DNA of 16,822 nt from a candidate division WOR-3 bacterium (GTDB lineage: Bacteria; Hydrothermota; Tepidihabitantia; SM23-42; JAOAFX01), in contig JBDRWI010000048.1 in the NCBI GenBank assembly GCA_039802265.1, forward strand, positions 1-16,822, given 5' to 3'. Every line of letters starts with the position of its first letter. Position 1 is the stretch's first letter. Shown piece by piece: positions 1-8,525 of this stretch. The notes under the pieces were generated by a model. It did no database searches and was not told the origin of the DNA. It saw only the letters and a list, made by a program, of their open reading frames with translations. The translations under genes and the position numbers were made by a program.

Positions 1-752
1 GCCCCTAAAATCCATAGATAATTCAGACCTATCAAAAATGGATCAAAAAACCTAATGCTGACTGTAGTATCATAACCTTTAAAAAAGTGAAAATAAAAGA
101 TTTGATAAAAAGCAGGCTTCTGGTATTTTAAAAGAAAGTAGCCATAAATACCAATTACCACAATGAAAAATCCTGCTACCAGGTAGCATATTGCCTTGAA
201 TTCTTTTTTAAAAAGAAGGTATATTACTGCGGCAGGAAGAATAAATATTCCTGATAATTTAATACTGAAACCAACGCCTGCCAAAATGCCAATAGAGACC
301 CAGTTCAATGGCTTAAAATCGCTGCGGATAATGAACCACATTACCAGGATTGAAATGAAAAGGGTAAAAATTTCTCTTTCAAAAATGTGATAACGGAAGA
401 ACAACGAAGAGAGGCTATAGACCGAAATAACGAATATTGCAATGTATTTATCAAAGATTCTTCTGGCTATATCAAAGAGCAAAATTGTTGAAACTGAAAT
501 AATTACCGCAGTCAATATCTCAGCAATACGATAGGAAACACCAAAGAGGTTATATAAAACTGCAAGCAGATATTCTATTGTTGGCGGATGGACACAGATG
601 GTTTGAAGAAATGGTTTCAATCCTGATTTAAAAGCGAATGCATGGTATAAGTATATCGAATCTTCAAACCAGGCATAAGGATAGAATATTCGTAACAGGC
701 GGGGTAGAACAGCGATTAAAACTACAAAAATCAATACATTTTTTTTATGCAC
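1..752 (-). CDS. ArnT/PMT (GT39/GT83-like, GT-C fold) multi-pass membrane glycosyltransferase, 3' end runs off window
   Basis: Not in the ORF track (no stop in window). Manual translation from GTG at 752: MHKKNVLIFVVLIAVLPRLLRIFYPYAWFEDSIYLYHAF...VHPPTIEYLLAVLYNLFGVS...GILAGVGFSIKLSGIF, open to position 1. Acidic pair after TM1, HPP motif and G-x-G-x3-K motif fit GT-C enzymes. An alternative in-frame ATG lies at 809. Confidence 0.7.
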   Translation of the reverse strand, partial: MHKKNVLIFVVLIAVLPRLLRIFYPYAWFEDSIYLYHAFAFKSGLKPFLQTICVHPPTIEYLLAVLYNLFGVSYRIAEILTAVIISVSTILLFDIARRIFDKYIAIFVISVYSLSSLFFRYHIFEREIFTLFISILVMWFIIRSDFKPLNWVSIGILAGVGFSIKLSGIFILPAAVIYLLFKKEFKAICYLVAGFFIVVIGIYGYFLLKYQKPAFYQIFYFHFFKGYDTTVSIRFFDPFLIGLNYLWILG

Positions 753-785
753 GGATATAGACTTTACATTCCTTTCATCTGAAAT

Positions 786-825
786 GGCGACTTTAGTCAC
801 TTGACTCATTAGACTAAAGCACGCC
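786..825. repeat. Intergenic inverted repeat (hairpin): possible terminator or REP-like element
   Basis: GGCGACTTTAGTC (786-798) pairs with GACTAAAGCACGCC (812-825): perfect 8-bp core plus 4 outer bp, 13-nt loop, only a weak U-tract on the - strand. Confidence 0.5.
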
Positions 826-854
826 CTGAAGCAAATCGGAGTTTGTATTTTAGA

Positions 855-1109
855 TTACTCTATAACCTTAAATACCTGGTCCTTCTCGTGGACAACTGAG
901 TCCACCTTCATTCCTATACTCTCACCTTTCTTTGCCTTCTCTATCGGTTTATGCTCAATCTGCATAGAATTTACAACCTGCTTGAAATCGGTAGTATGTC
1001 CCTTGATATGAATAGTATCGCCAATGTTCAGTTCATCATCAGTAATCTCAATTACGGCAACGCCGATTTTATTGAAATAATGGGTGACAACGCCAATTAG
1101 TTTCTCCAT
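855..1109 (-). CDS. Small translation-factor-like beta-barrel protein (resembles stand-alone peptidase U32 C-terminal domain)
   Basis: 84 aa; IGVVTHYFNKIGVA...LNIGDTIHIKGHTTDF.Q.V.SMQIEH..IE.AKKGESIG.KV pattern; AAGGAG RBS upstream. Confidence 0.75.
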   Translation of the reverse strand: MEKLIGVVTHYFNKIGVAVIEITDDELNIGDTIHIKGHTTDFKQVVNSMQIEHKPIEKAKKGESIGMKVDSVVHEKDQVFKVIE

Positions 1110-1126
1110 TCCTGCTCCTTTTTACA

Positions 1127-1154
1127 ATTTTATCTATTTTCGATTTGAAGTCAA
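1127..1154 (-). promoter_or_regulatory. sigma70-type promoter for 855..1109
   Basis: TTGACT (1154-1149)-N16-TAAAAT (1132-1127), followed by AAGGAG RBS. Confidence 0.6.
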
Positions 1155-1176
1155 TAAGTCGATTTGAATCCGCTTA

Positions 1177-1204
1177 TTGACATAATGATTTTTTTGCTTA
1201 TAAT
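1177..1204 (+). promoter_or_regulatory. sigma70-type promoter of glnA operon
   Basis: Perfect TTGACA (1177-1182)-N16-TATAAT (1199-1204); ATG at 1214 follows after only 9 nt, no SD. Confidence 0.75.
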
Positions 1205-1213
1205 CCAATATAG

Positions 1214-2554
1214 ATGAGAAAAAGAAGTCAAAGACAAAAGAGACCATTAACTGATGGAGTTCAGTTCATAGACTTGAAGTATTGTACCCTGATCGGAACT
1301 CTAAATCACATTACAATACCTGTCCAGCGTTTTGAAGAAATATTAACTGAGGGAGTTGGTGTTGACGGTTCAAGTCTGCCCGGATATAAGGGTGTACATA
1401 AGGGTGATATGCTCCTCTTTCCTGATTTAGAAACCGGTTTTATTGACCCCTTTTTTGAACCAAAGACAATTTCATACCTCTGTAGTATCTATCTTCCTGA
1501 TAAATTGGTGCCTTATGAAAGGGACTCAAGGAGTATTGCCCAGAAGGCGGTAGATTATTTAAGAAAGACCCTAAATACCGCCGCATTCTTCCAGCCGGAA
1601 TTGGAGTTTTATCTCTTTGACAGTTGCTTATTTGAAGAGGGCACTGATTACAGTTATTACCGTATTGAGCTTGAAGGTAGTTCAAAAGAATCGGTCAATT
1701 ATCCAATCAGGTTTAAAGGTGGATATCATATTGGACCCCCTGAAGACAGTGCTACTAATCTCCGTAATGAAATGGTAAATCTACTTAAGAATTGTGGCAT
1801 AAATTCAAAATATCACCACCATGAGGTCGGCGGGCGGGGGCAGATGGAGATTGAACTCCTCTTAGAACCATTGGTGAAGGCGGCAGATAATATTCTGCTT
1901 GCCAAATATCTATTAAAATGCCTTGCCCGGCGGCATAACAAATTGCTTACCTTTATGCCCAAACCATTTCTGGGTGAACCGGGAAATGGACTCCATCTCC
2001 ATCAATATTTGGGTGAAAAGAATCGTTCCCTATTTTACGACTCCGGGGCAGAGAACAACCTGAGTGAATTATGTCTGAATTACATCGGTGGAATTCTCCA
2101 CCATTCAAGGGCGCTGTGCGCCTTTACCAATCCAAGCACGAATTCTTATAAACGGCTGATACCGGGCTTTGAGGCACCCACCTATACCGACTTCGCCCTG
2201 GGAAGCAGGACTTCGGCAATTCGGGTGCCGGCATATATCCAGAACAAAAGATGCCTTGATATTGAATATCGGATTCCGGATGCAACAAGTAATCCGTATC
2301 TGGCGTTGAGTGCAATCCTTTTGGCAGGCATTGATGGAATAGAAAATAATCTGAAGCCTTCCCGAAGGGAGAAGTTGCCAACAAACTCCTACGAGGCAAT
2401 CAATGCATTGAAGGATGACTACAAATTCCTATTGAAGGGTGATGTGTTCAACAAAGACCTGATTGAGCGCTGGATTGAGGTTAAAACCAAAGAATTTGAG
2501 GAGGTTCATTTAAGACCACATCCGTATGAGTTCAATCTCTACCTGGGTGTATGA
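1214..2554 (+). CDS. glnA: Glutamine synthetase type I (beta-like insertion present, adenylylation loop absent)
   Basis: DGSS, PELEFYLFD, KGGY, HHHEVG, QMEI, TFMPKP, GNGLHLH, NSYKRLIPGFEAP, SRTSAIRVP, IEYRIPD, NPYL and C-terminal PHPYEF motifs; metal and substrate ligands look intact. Confidence 0.93.
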   Translation: MRKRSQRQKRPLTDGVQFIDLKYCTLIGTLNHITIPVQRFEEILTEGVGVDGSSLPGYKGVHKGDMLLFPDLETGFIDPFFEPKTISYLCSIYLPDKLVPYERDSRSIAQKAVDYLRKTLNTAAFFQPELEFYLFDSCLFEEGTDYSYYRIELEGSSKESVNYPIRFKGGYHIGPPEDSATNLRNEMVNLLKNCGINSKYHHHEVGGRGQMEIELLLEPLVKAADNILLAKYLLKCLARRHNKLLTFMPKPFLGEPGNGLHLHQYLGEKNRSLFYDSGAENNLSELCLNYIGGILHHSRALCAFTNPSTNSYKRLIPGFEAPTYTDFALGSRTSAIRVPAYIQNKRCLDIEYRIPDATSNPYLALSAILLAGIDGIENNLKPSRREKLPTNSYEAINALKDDYKFLLKGDVFNKDLIERWIEVKTKEFEEVHLRPHPYEFNLYLGV

Positions 2555-3558
2555 AGGAAGCGATTAACATCGGGATAGTTGGTTGCGGTGCTCATGCCCA
2601 GATTGCCCATATCCCCGTCTTTAAGAAAAACCGGGACTGCAATCTTCTGGCAATATGTGATACCGATGTGCGTAAGTTGGACTTACTCGGTTCAAAATAT
2701 AACATCCCCAGGCGATATCAGGACTTCCAGGAACTCCTGGAGGACAGAGAGATTGATGCCTTAATAATTTCAACACCAAATTATCTTCATGCACCGATGA
2801 CCATTTCCGCAATGAAATACGGTAAGGATGTCCTCTGTGAAAACCCAATGGCGATAAACTTGAAGGAGGCGCTGGAGATTAAAAAAACCATAGAGGGGAC
2901 AAAGAGAAAACTCGCCCTTGCCCTTACGGGAAGATTCAGACCCGATGTCCAGACACTAAAAAAATTCATTAACGAGGGTGAACTGGGTGATATCTACTAC
3001 CTGAAGACCGGCTGGCTCATTGGCACCAGTGAATGGATTTTGCCAGAGTGGAGGCTGGATGTCTTAAAGAGCGGGGGCGGTGCATTCCTTACAATGGGGA
3101 CCCAAATTTTGGGCATTGCCACATATTTCCTGGAAGATAAAGAGCCATCAACGATTTTTGCCTCGGTCCATAAAAAGGAATCCGCAGCTGAGGTTGAAGA
3201 TACCGCAATGGGAATTATAAACTTTCGCGATGGAACCCTCCTCACGATTGAGGTAAGTTGGTCACTGCTCTTTGAAAAGGATTTCTTGTACTGCAATGTA
3301 TTTGGCAAAAGGGGGGCAGCATTGCTCAATCCACTGAAGATTCAAAAAGAACTACACAATGAACTGGTCAATGTTACCCCCACAATCCTGCCCAAAAACC
3401 TCTATAAGGTGGCCTGCGAATTACAGGCACAATTCTTTATTGATTCGGTGCAAAAGAATCATCAACCACCATTTGGCGTTGAGGACGGAATCCTGATTGC
3501 CCGGATTACCGATGCCTTTTATGAATCTGCCAGGAAACAAAAATTGGTGAAGATTTAA
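2551..3558 (+). CDS. Gfo/Idh/MocA-family oxidoreductase-like protein, predicted catalytically inactive
   Basis: Rossmann IGIVGCGAHA, STPNYLH, VLCENP (canonical EKP), RF.P, G.LG.I, SGGGAFLTMGTQ (canonical GGG...D...H), VED.A; ATGA overlap with the glnA stop. Confidence 0.88.
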   Translation: MKEAINIGIVGCGAHAQIAHIPVFKKNRDCNLLAICDTDVRKLDLLGSKYNIPRRYQDFQELLEDREIDALIISTPNYLHAPMTISAMKYGKDVLCENPMAINLKEALEIKKTIEGTKRKLALALTGRFRPDVQTLKKFINEGELGDIYYLKTGWLIGTSEWILPEWRLDVLKSGGGAFLTMGTQILGIATYFLEDKEPSTIFASVHKKESAAEVEDTAMGIINFRDGTLLTIEVSWSLLFEKDFLYCNVFGKRGAALLNPLKIQKELHNELVNVTPTILPKNLYKVACELQAQFFIDSVQKNHQPPFGVEDGILIARITDAFYESARKQKLVKI

Positions 3559-5076
3559 TTGCAACTCCCTTTAATATTAATCTCTGCTTTATTATGTTCT
3601 CTATCTTTCCACCCCCTGAACTTACATTTTTTTGCCTGGTTTGGTCTTTTGCCACTTTTATTCACAATTGAAAAGGCAAAATTATCCAAGGTCTTTTTAA
3701 ATGGAATCCTGTTTGGTTTTTTCTTTTCACTTTTTTCGCTCTTCTGGATTATCTTTTTACAGATTGAGACCAGTGTTAAACTACTAATGCTTTTGGGTAT
3801 GGTGGTGATGTTCTTTTATATTGGGTTATACTACGGTACTGGCTTTCTGATTACAAGGCTCATCGGTATCTGGTATCTTCCGTTTATCTTAGCCGGTCTT
3901 GAATTCTTAAAGGGACTGGGTGAGATTGGCTTTCCCTGGCTCTCTTTTGGTTATTCGCAGGCGCGCTATCCGATAATAATTCAGCAGGCATCGATCTACG
4001 GGGTCTATGGAATTTCTTTCTGGCTCTATTTAATCAATGTCACACTCTTTAATTTTTTAAGAAACAAAAATTTCAAAAATCTCCTGTTTGTGCTTTTGTT
4101 CTTCTTTCTCCCTTTGGGGTACGGCTTCATAAGAATCAAGGATATCCCCGCGGGCTTTAAAAAAATCACCGTGGGCATAGTGCAACCCAATATTGACCCC
4201 AATCTGAAATTCAACGCCGCATTGAGGGATGAGACATTTAATCGGTTAATCTATCTCTCGGAAAGATGTAAAGAAGAGGCAGAAGATACATTAAATTTAG
4301 TCGTTTGGCCCGAGACGGCAACGCCGGTCTTCTTAAAGACTCCGGGTATCTATCAGAATATGGTCTTGGAACTTGCCCGCCGCATCAGTGCACCGGTTCT
4401 GACCGGCACGCCAATCTACAATAAAAAATCTCAGGAAATTTATAATGGAGCAGTATTAATAAAGCCCGAGGAGGGCATAACCCAGGAGTATAAAAAGATA
4501 CATCTGGTTCCATTTGGTGAACACATTCCCTTTGACCGCTATATTCCACTCTTTAAAAAAATTGACCTGGGTGAAGGTGACTATACACCCGGAAATGAAT
4601 ATACTGTGTTTGCTACAGATGATTTGAAGTTTTCATGTCTGATATGTTTTGAATCGATCTTCCCGGAAATTTCGCGCACATTTGTGAAACACGGTGCCTT
4701 ACTGCTTTTGAATATCACCAATGATGGCTGGTTCGGAAGAATCTCCGGACCACAACAACACAATGATATGGCAATTCTGCGGACGGTGGAAAATGGCGTA
4801 CCTTTGGTCCGCAGTGCTAATACCGGGATATCAATGGTGGTTGACCCTTATGGTCGGATATTGAAGGAGACAAATCTCTTTGAGGAAGGAATTATTGTCT
4901 GCACAATTGAGTTAAATAGAATCAACACATTATACAGAATATTGGGCGACTGGCTGCCAATGTTTGTGCTCTTATTTACACCGGTTTTATTATTATTAAA
5001 AAAACCGCGGTTATTTCTTAATGTCCTCAGGAAGCGGGTCAATCACCAGTTGAATTGTCGTCCTTCTTGCCTTTGA
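3559..5076 (+). CDS. lnt: Apolipoprotein N-acyltransferase
   Basis: N-terminal TM helices, GFPW..GYSQ, VQPNI, catalytic E (WPET), K (KIHLVPFGE), C (ICFES), NITNDGWFG, QH, RSANTGIS; TTG start directly after the upstream TAA. Confidence 0.95.
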   Translation: MQLPLILISALLCSLSFHPLNLHFFAWFGLLPLLFTIEKAKLSKVFLNGILFGFFFSLFSLFWIIFLQIETSVKLLMLLGMVVMFFYIGLYYGTGFLITRLIGIWYLPFILAGLEFLKGLGEIGFPWLSFGYSQARYPIIIQQASIYGVYGISFWLYLINVTLFNFLRNKNFKNLLFVLLFFFLPLGYGFIRIKDIPAGFKKITVGIVQPNIDPNLKFNAALRDETFNRLIYLSERCKEEAEDTLNLVVWPETATPVFLKTPGIYQNMVLELARRISAPVLTGTPIYNKKSQEIYNGAVLIKPEEGITQEYKKIHLVPFGEHIPFDRYIPLFKKIDLGEGDYTPGNEYTVFATDDLKFSCLICFESIFPEISRTFVKHGALLLLNITNDGWFGRISGPQQHNDMAILRTVENGVPLVRSANTGISMVVDPYGRILKETNLFEEGIIVCTIELNRINTLYRILGDWLPMFVLLFTPVLLLLKKPRLFLNVLRKRVNHQLNCRPSCL

Positions 5077-5505
5077 ATAATTGTTATAACTTGAGAATTC
5101 ATAGTCCCCGGGGTCCTGTGTCAACTTCCTCTCCACGGGCAGGTGGTGCATAAACTCTAAATGGCTCTTCAATGTCTTTATGTCCTCTATTACCTCGGCA
5201 TCAAAACTCTGTGACCAGACCGTTCCTTCCCTCTTTTTTACCTCATTGTATTTCCGGGCAAAATTTCCTTTTATCAGTTTCATAATCTTCGAGATATTGA
5301 ACATCCTGCCCGGTTGAATTATCAAATAGAAAGATTCGGGCATAATGAGATAGCCATATATCCGGTAGTTGAGCATATAGCGATGATAACCAATAGACAA
5401 AACCAAAAATCTTGCCCAGTGCGGGTCGTTAAAAATTTCTGTACAATCCTTGGTTGTGGTCCAGATGTAGTATATGGCATCGGGTTTTATTATTCTCTTT
5501 GCCAT
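5011..5505 (-). CDS. RAYT/IS200-like (Y1 HUH) transposase-fold protein with degenerate active site
   Basis: Scaffold motifs Y..T, IF.D, GYLIMP, ISKIMK.IKG, N....R.G.VW...F....I, PV...L...P.DY.FSSY; HUH reads SFY and catalytic YIH.NP reads FMHHLP; AGGAG RBS overlaps the upstream stop. Confidence 0.8.
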   Translation of the reverse strand: MAKRIIKPDAIYYIWTTTKDCTEIFNDPHWARFLVLSIGYHRYMLNYRIYGYLIMPESFYLIIQPGRMFNISKIMKLIKGNFARKYNEVKKREGTVWSQSFDAEVIEDIKTLKSHLEFMHHLPVERKLTQDPGDYEFSSYNNYSKARRTTIQLVIDPLPEDIKK

Positions 5506-5514
5506 TTTTGACTC

Positions 5515-6582
5515 CTATCTGAGTAATTGCTCCATTGCCTCCGCATCCAGATTTTTAACAATCAGAACGATCAGTTTTAAAAGATTTTCATAATCTTCAT
5601 AAGAGATGATGCTTGCTGCTGAGTGAACATATCTTGTAGGGATACCCAGTGCCAGACTGGGGACACCAATATTGGTGAGATGTATTGCACCGGTGTCATA
5701 ACCACCCTTTATTGATGTGAGATGATAGGGTATGTTATTCAACTCGGCAAGCTCGATAACAAAGTTCTTTAAATTGGTATGGGGAATCATCGTTCGGTCA
5801 TAGATCAAAATGCCAACGCCGGAGCCGAGTTTTTCAATTGCCTCGGAACTGTTCCCCGGTGTGTCACGGGAAATGCTCACATCAAGGGCAAAGGCAAAGT
5901 CCGGTTGAATCAAATTGGCTGAGGTCCTTGCCCCGCGCAGTCCCACCTCTTCCTGGACCGTTCCTACAAGGTAGACCGTATTGGGATGCGGAGTCGCAAC
6001 AAGTTCATCAAGTAAATTAACAAGCAGGGCACAACCCATCCGGTCATCCCATGCCTTGCTCATTAAAATATCACCATCAGCCATTTCTTCAAATTGACCG
6101 ATGGGCATAATCGGATCACCGGGTCTTATTCCTAACTTTTCAGCGGGGTGGCAATTTTTTGTTACTCCCACATCTATGTACATATTTTCAATATCAGGGA
6201 GTTTCTTTCTCTCCTCCGGAGGCAGTTCATGGATCGGCTTCAACCCTATCACACCCGGAAAAAGCTCGCCCTTTCGATTTTTTATCTTCACGCGCAAACC
6301 CGGTAGATTTCCATCCCACCAGCCACCGATTGGTAGAAATTTTATGAAACCTTCTTTTGTGATTTCCTTTACCATAAAGCCAATCTCATCCATATGGGCA
6401 GCAAACATTATCTTCGGGCTTTCTGATGCTCCATTTTTCTTTGCAATCAAACTCCCAATTCGGTCTCTGGAAACCTCGGCCTTGTTTTCAAATCTCCTTT
6501 TTAATATCTCAACAACCTCATCTTCATAGCCTGAAATACCAAAGGCCTGTGATAGTTCTTTCAGGACTTCTTTGTGGTCCAT
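5515..6582 (-). CDS. M42-family (TET/glutamyl) metallo-aminopeptidase
   Basis: G.SG.E, AAHMDEIG, KAWDDR.G, TVQEEVGLRGA, ALDV, GG.D, RYVHS; AAGGAGG RBS. Confidence 0.93.
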   Translation of the reverse strand: MDHKEVLKELSQAFGISGYEDEVVEILKRRFENKAEVSRDRIGSLIAKKNGASESPKIMFAAHMDEIGFMVKEITKEGFIKFLPIGGWWDGNLPGLRVKIKNRKGELFPGVIGLKPIHELPPEERKKLPDIENMYIDVGVTKNCHPAEKLGIRPGDPIMPIGQFEEMADGDILMSKAWDDRMGCALLVNLLDELVATPHPNTVYLVGTVQEEVGLRGARTSANLIQPDFAFALDVSISRDTPGNSSEAIEKLGSGVGILIYDRTMIPHTNLKNFVIELAELNNIPYHLTSIKGGYDTGAIHLTNIGVPSLALGIPTRYVHSAASIISYEDYENLLKLIVLIVKNLDAEAMEQLLR

Positions 6583-6596
6583 TTGTTCCTCCTTAA

Positions 6597-8513
6597 TTAT
6601 ACATCCAGATTTACCACAAATTTCGCATTCTCTTCAATAAATTTCCTTCGTGGTTCAACCTCATCACCCATAAGGATAGAAAATAGCCTGTCGGCTTCAG
6701 CCGCATCTTCCATCGTCACTTTTTTCAAAATGCGCCGCTGGGGGTCCATAGTCGTCTGCCAGAGTTGTTCTGGATTCATCTCTCCCAGTCCTTTGTAGCG
6801 TTGTATATCATATTTCTCATTAGGGTTTTTCTTCAAAAATTTCTGTAGTTCCTCATCTGAATAGAGATATGCCTCTTTTTTATCGTATCTTATGCGATAA
6901 AGTGGTGGCTGGGCTATGTATATGACACCGGCATCAATCAATTCGCGCATAAATCTGAAGAAAAATGTCAAAAGCAGGGTTCGGATATGGGCACCATCAA
7001 CATCCGCATCGGTCATAATTATTATCTTTTTGTAGCGCAACTTTGAGATGTCAAAATCATCCTCACCGATACCACAGCCAATTGCTGAAATTAGGGTTCT
7101 GATCTCTTCATTGCCGAGGATTTTGTTGAGGCTGCTCTTTTCAACATTCAAAATCTTACCGCGCAGTGGTAAGATTGCCTGAAATGTCCGATCTCTTCCC
7201 TGTTTGGCACTGCCACCGGCCGAGTCCCCCTCAACGACAAATATCTCACTCTCATCTGGATTCTGGGAAGAACAATCAGCAAGTTTACCTGGTAGGAAGT
7301 CACTGTCAATCAGCGATTTTCTCCTCGTCAATTCCCGCGCCTTCCTTGCCGCCTCCCGAGACTTCGCAGCAGTGAGGACCTTGTTGATAATTACGGAGGC
7401 GATTCGAGGATTCTCCTCAAGGAATGCGGATAACTTTTCATTCACTAACGATTCAACAGCGCCCTTTGCCTCGGGATTTCCCAGTTTGGTCTTGGTCTGT
7501 CCTTCAAATTGTGGTTCCCTGATCTTTACTGAAATAACCGCAGTCAGTCCTTCCCGGGTGTCTTCACCAGTAAATACGAGATCTTCCTTTAACTGATTAT
7601 GGCGTCGGGCATAGTCATTTAAAGTTCGGGTAAGTGCCGATTTGAAGCCAACAAGATGGGTACCTCCTTCGTGGGTATTGATTGTATTGGCAAAGGTGAA
7701 GATGTTTTCTAAATAGGAGTCGTTATATTCCATTGCTACTTCAATCTCAATGCCATTTACGGTTTCGTGAAAATAGCATGGCTTATGCAGACGCTGACGA
7801 CCTGAGTCAAGAAACTTCACCAGGTCAACAACCCCGCCGGTGGAAAAGAACCTTTCTTTATATCCAGACTTCACATCCTCAAAATCAATCTTTAAGCCTT
7901 TATTCAAAAAGGCAAGTTCCCGCAGGCGCTGGACAATTATCTCCTTACTGAATTCAACCTTTTTGAAGATTTCTTTATCGGGTTTGAATCTAATCTTTGT
8001 TCCGGTTTTCTTTGTCTTGCCGATGACCTTGACACTATCCTGAGGCTCGCCCTTTTTATAAGCCTGATAGAATATCTTTCCATCGCGATAGACCTCGGCC
8101 TCAAGAAACTCACAGAGGGCATTCACCGCACTTACTCCCACACCATGCAATCCACCGCTGATCCGATAGACCTTATCGTCAAATTTACCACCCGCATGGA
8201 GCATTGTAAGGACAACTTCAAGGGCTGATTTCTTCTGGGTTGGATGGATATCGGTAGGAATTCCCCGGCCATTATCTTCAACTTCAACTACATCCTTGTC
8301 TACTGTAACCCTTATATAATCACAATAACCTGCAAGTGCCTCATCAATACTGTTATCAACCACCTCAAATATCAGATGGTGTAAACCCCTTACTCCTACA
8401 TCACCGATATACATCGCCGGCCGGCGTCGTACTGCCTCAAGTCCCTTTAAAATCTGAATCTTTGAGGCATCGTAAAGGTCATTTGCTTTTACCGTATCTT
8501 CTTTTTCAGTCAT
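6597..8513 (-). CDS. gyrB: DNA gyrase subunit B (short type)
   Basis: GLEAVRRRPAMYIG, EVVDNSIDE, LHAGGKF, GGLHGVG, FEGQTKTKLGN, VEGDSAGGSAKQGR, PLRGK, MTDADVDG, RYKGLGEMN, C-terminal NLDV; sits next to recF. Confidence 0.97.
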   Translation of the reverse strand: MTEKEDTVKANDLYDASKIQILKGLEAVRRRPAMYIGDVGVRGLHHLIFEVVDNSIDEALAGYCDYIRVTVDKDVVEVEDNGRGIPTDIHPTQKKSALEVVLTMLHAGGKFDDKVYRISGGLHGVGVSAVNALCEFLEAEVYRDGKIFYQAYKKGEPQDSVKVIGKTKKTGTKIRFKPDKEIFKKVEFSKEIIVQRLRELAFLNKGLKIDFEDVKSGYKERFFSTGGVVDLVKFLDSGRQRLHKPCYFHETVNGIEIEVAMEYNDSYLENIFTFANTINTHEGGTHLVGFKSALTRTLNDYARRHNQLKEDLVFTGEDTREGLTAVISVKIREPQFEGQTKTKLGNPEAKGAVESLVNEKLSAFLEENPRIASVIINKVLTAAKSREAARKARELTRRKSLIDSDFLPGKLADCSSQNPDESEIFVVEGDSAGGSAKQGRDRTFQAILPLRGKILNVEKSSLNKILGNEEIRTLISAIGCGIGEDDFDISKLRYKKIIIMTDADVDGAHIRTLLLTFFFRFMRELIDAGVIYIAQPPLYRIRYDKKEAYLYSDEELQKFLKKNPNEKYDIQRYKGLGEMNPEQLWQTTMDPQRRILKKVTMEDAAEADRLFSILMGDEVEPRRKFIEENAKFVVNLDV

Positions 8514-8525
8514 ACACTCTCCTTA

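Noticed and set aside
196..390. 64-aa + strand ORF
   Set aside because: Antisense shadow of the longer - strand glycosyltransferase frame; no RBS or recognisable motif.
5011..5505. Active IS200/IS605 element
   Set aside because: No HUH or catalytic Tyr, no tnpB, and no room for subterminal hairpins; reported as a domesticated protein instead.
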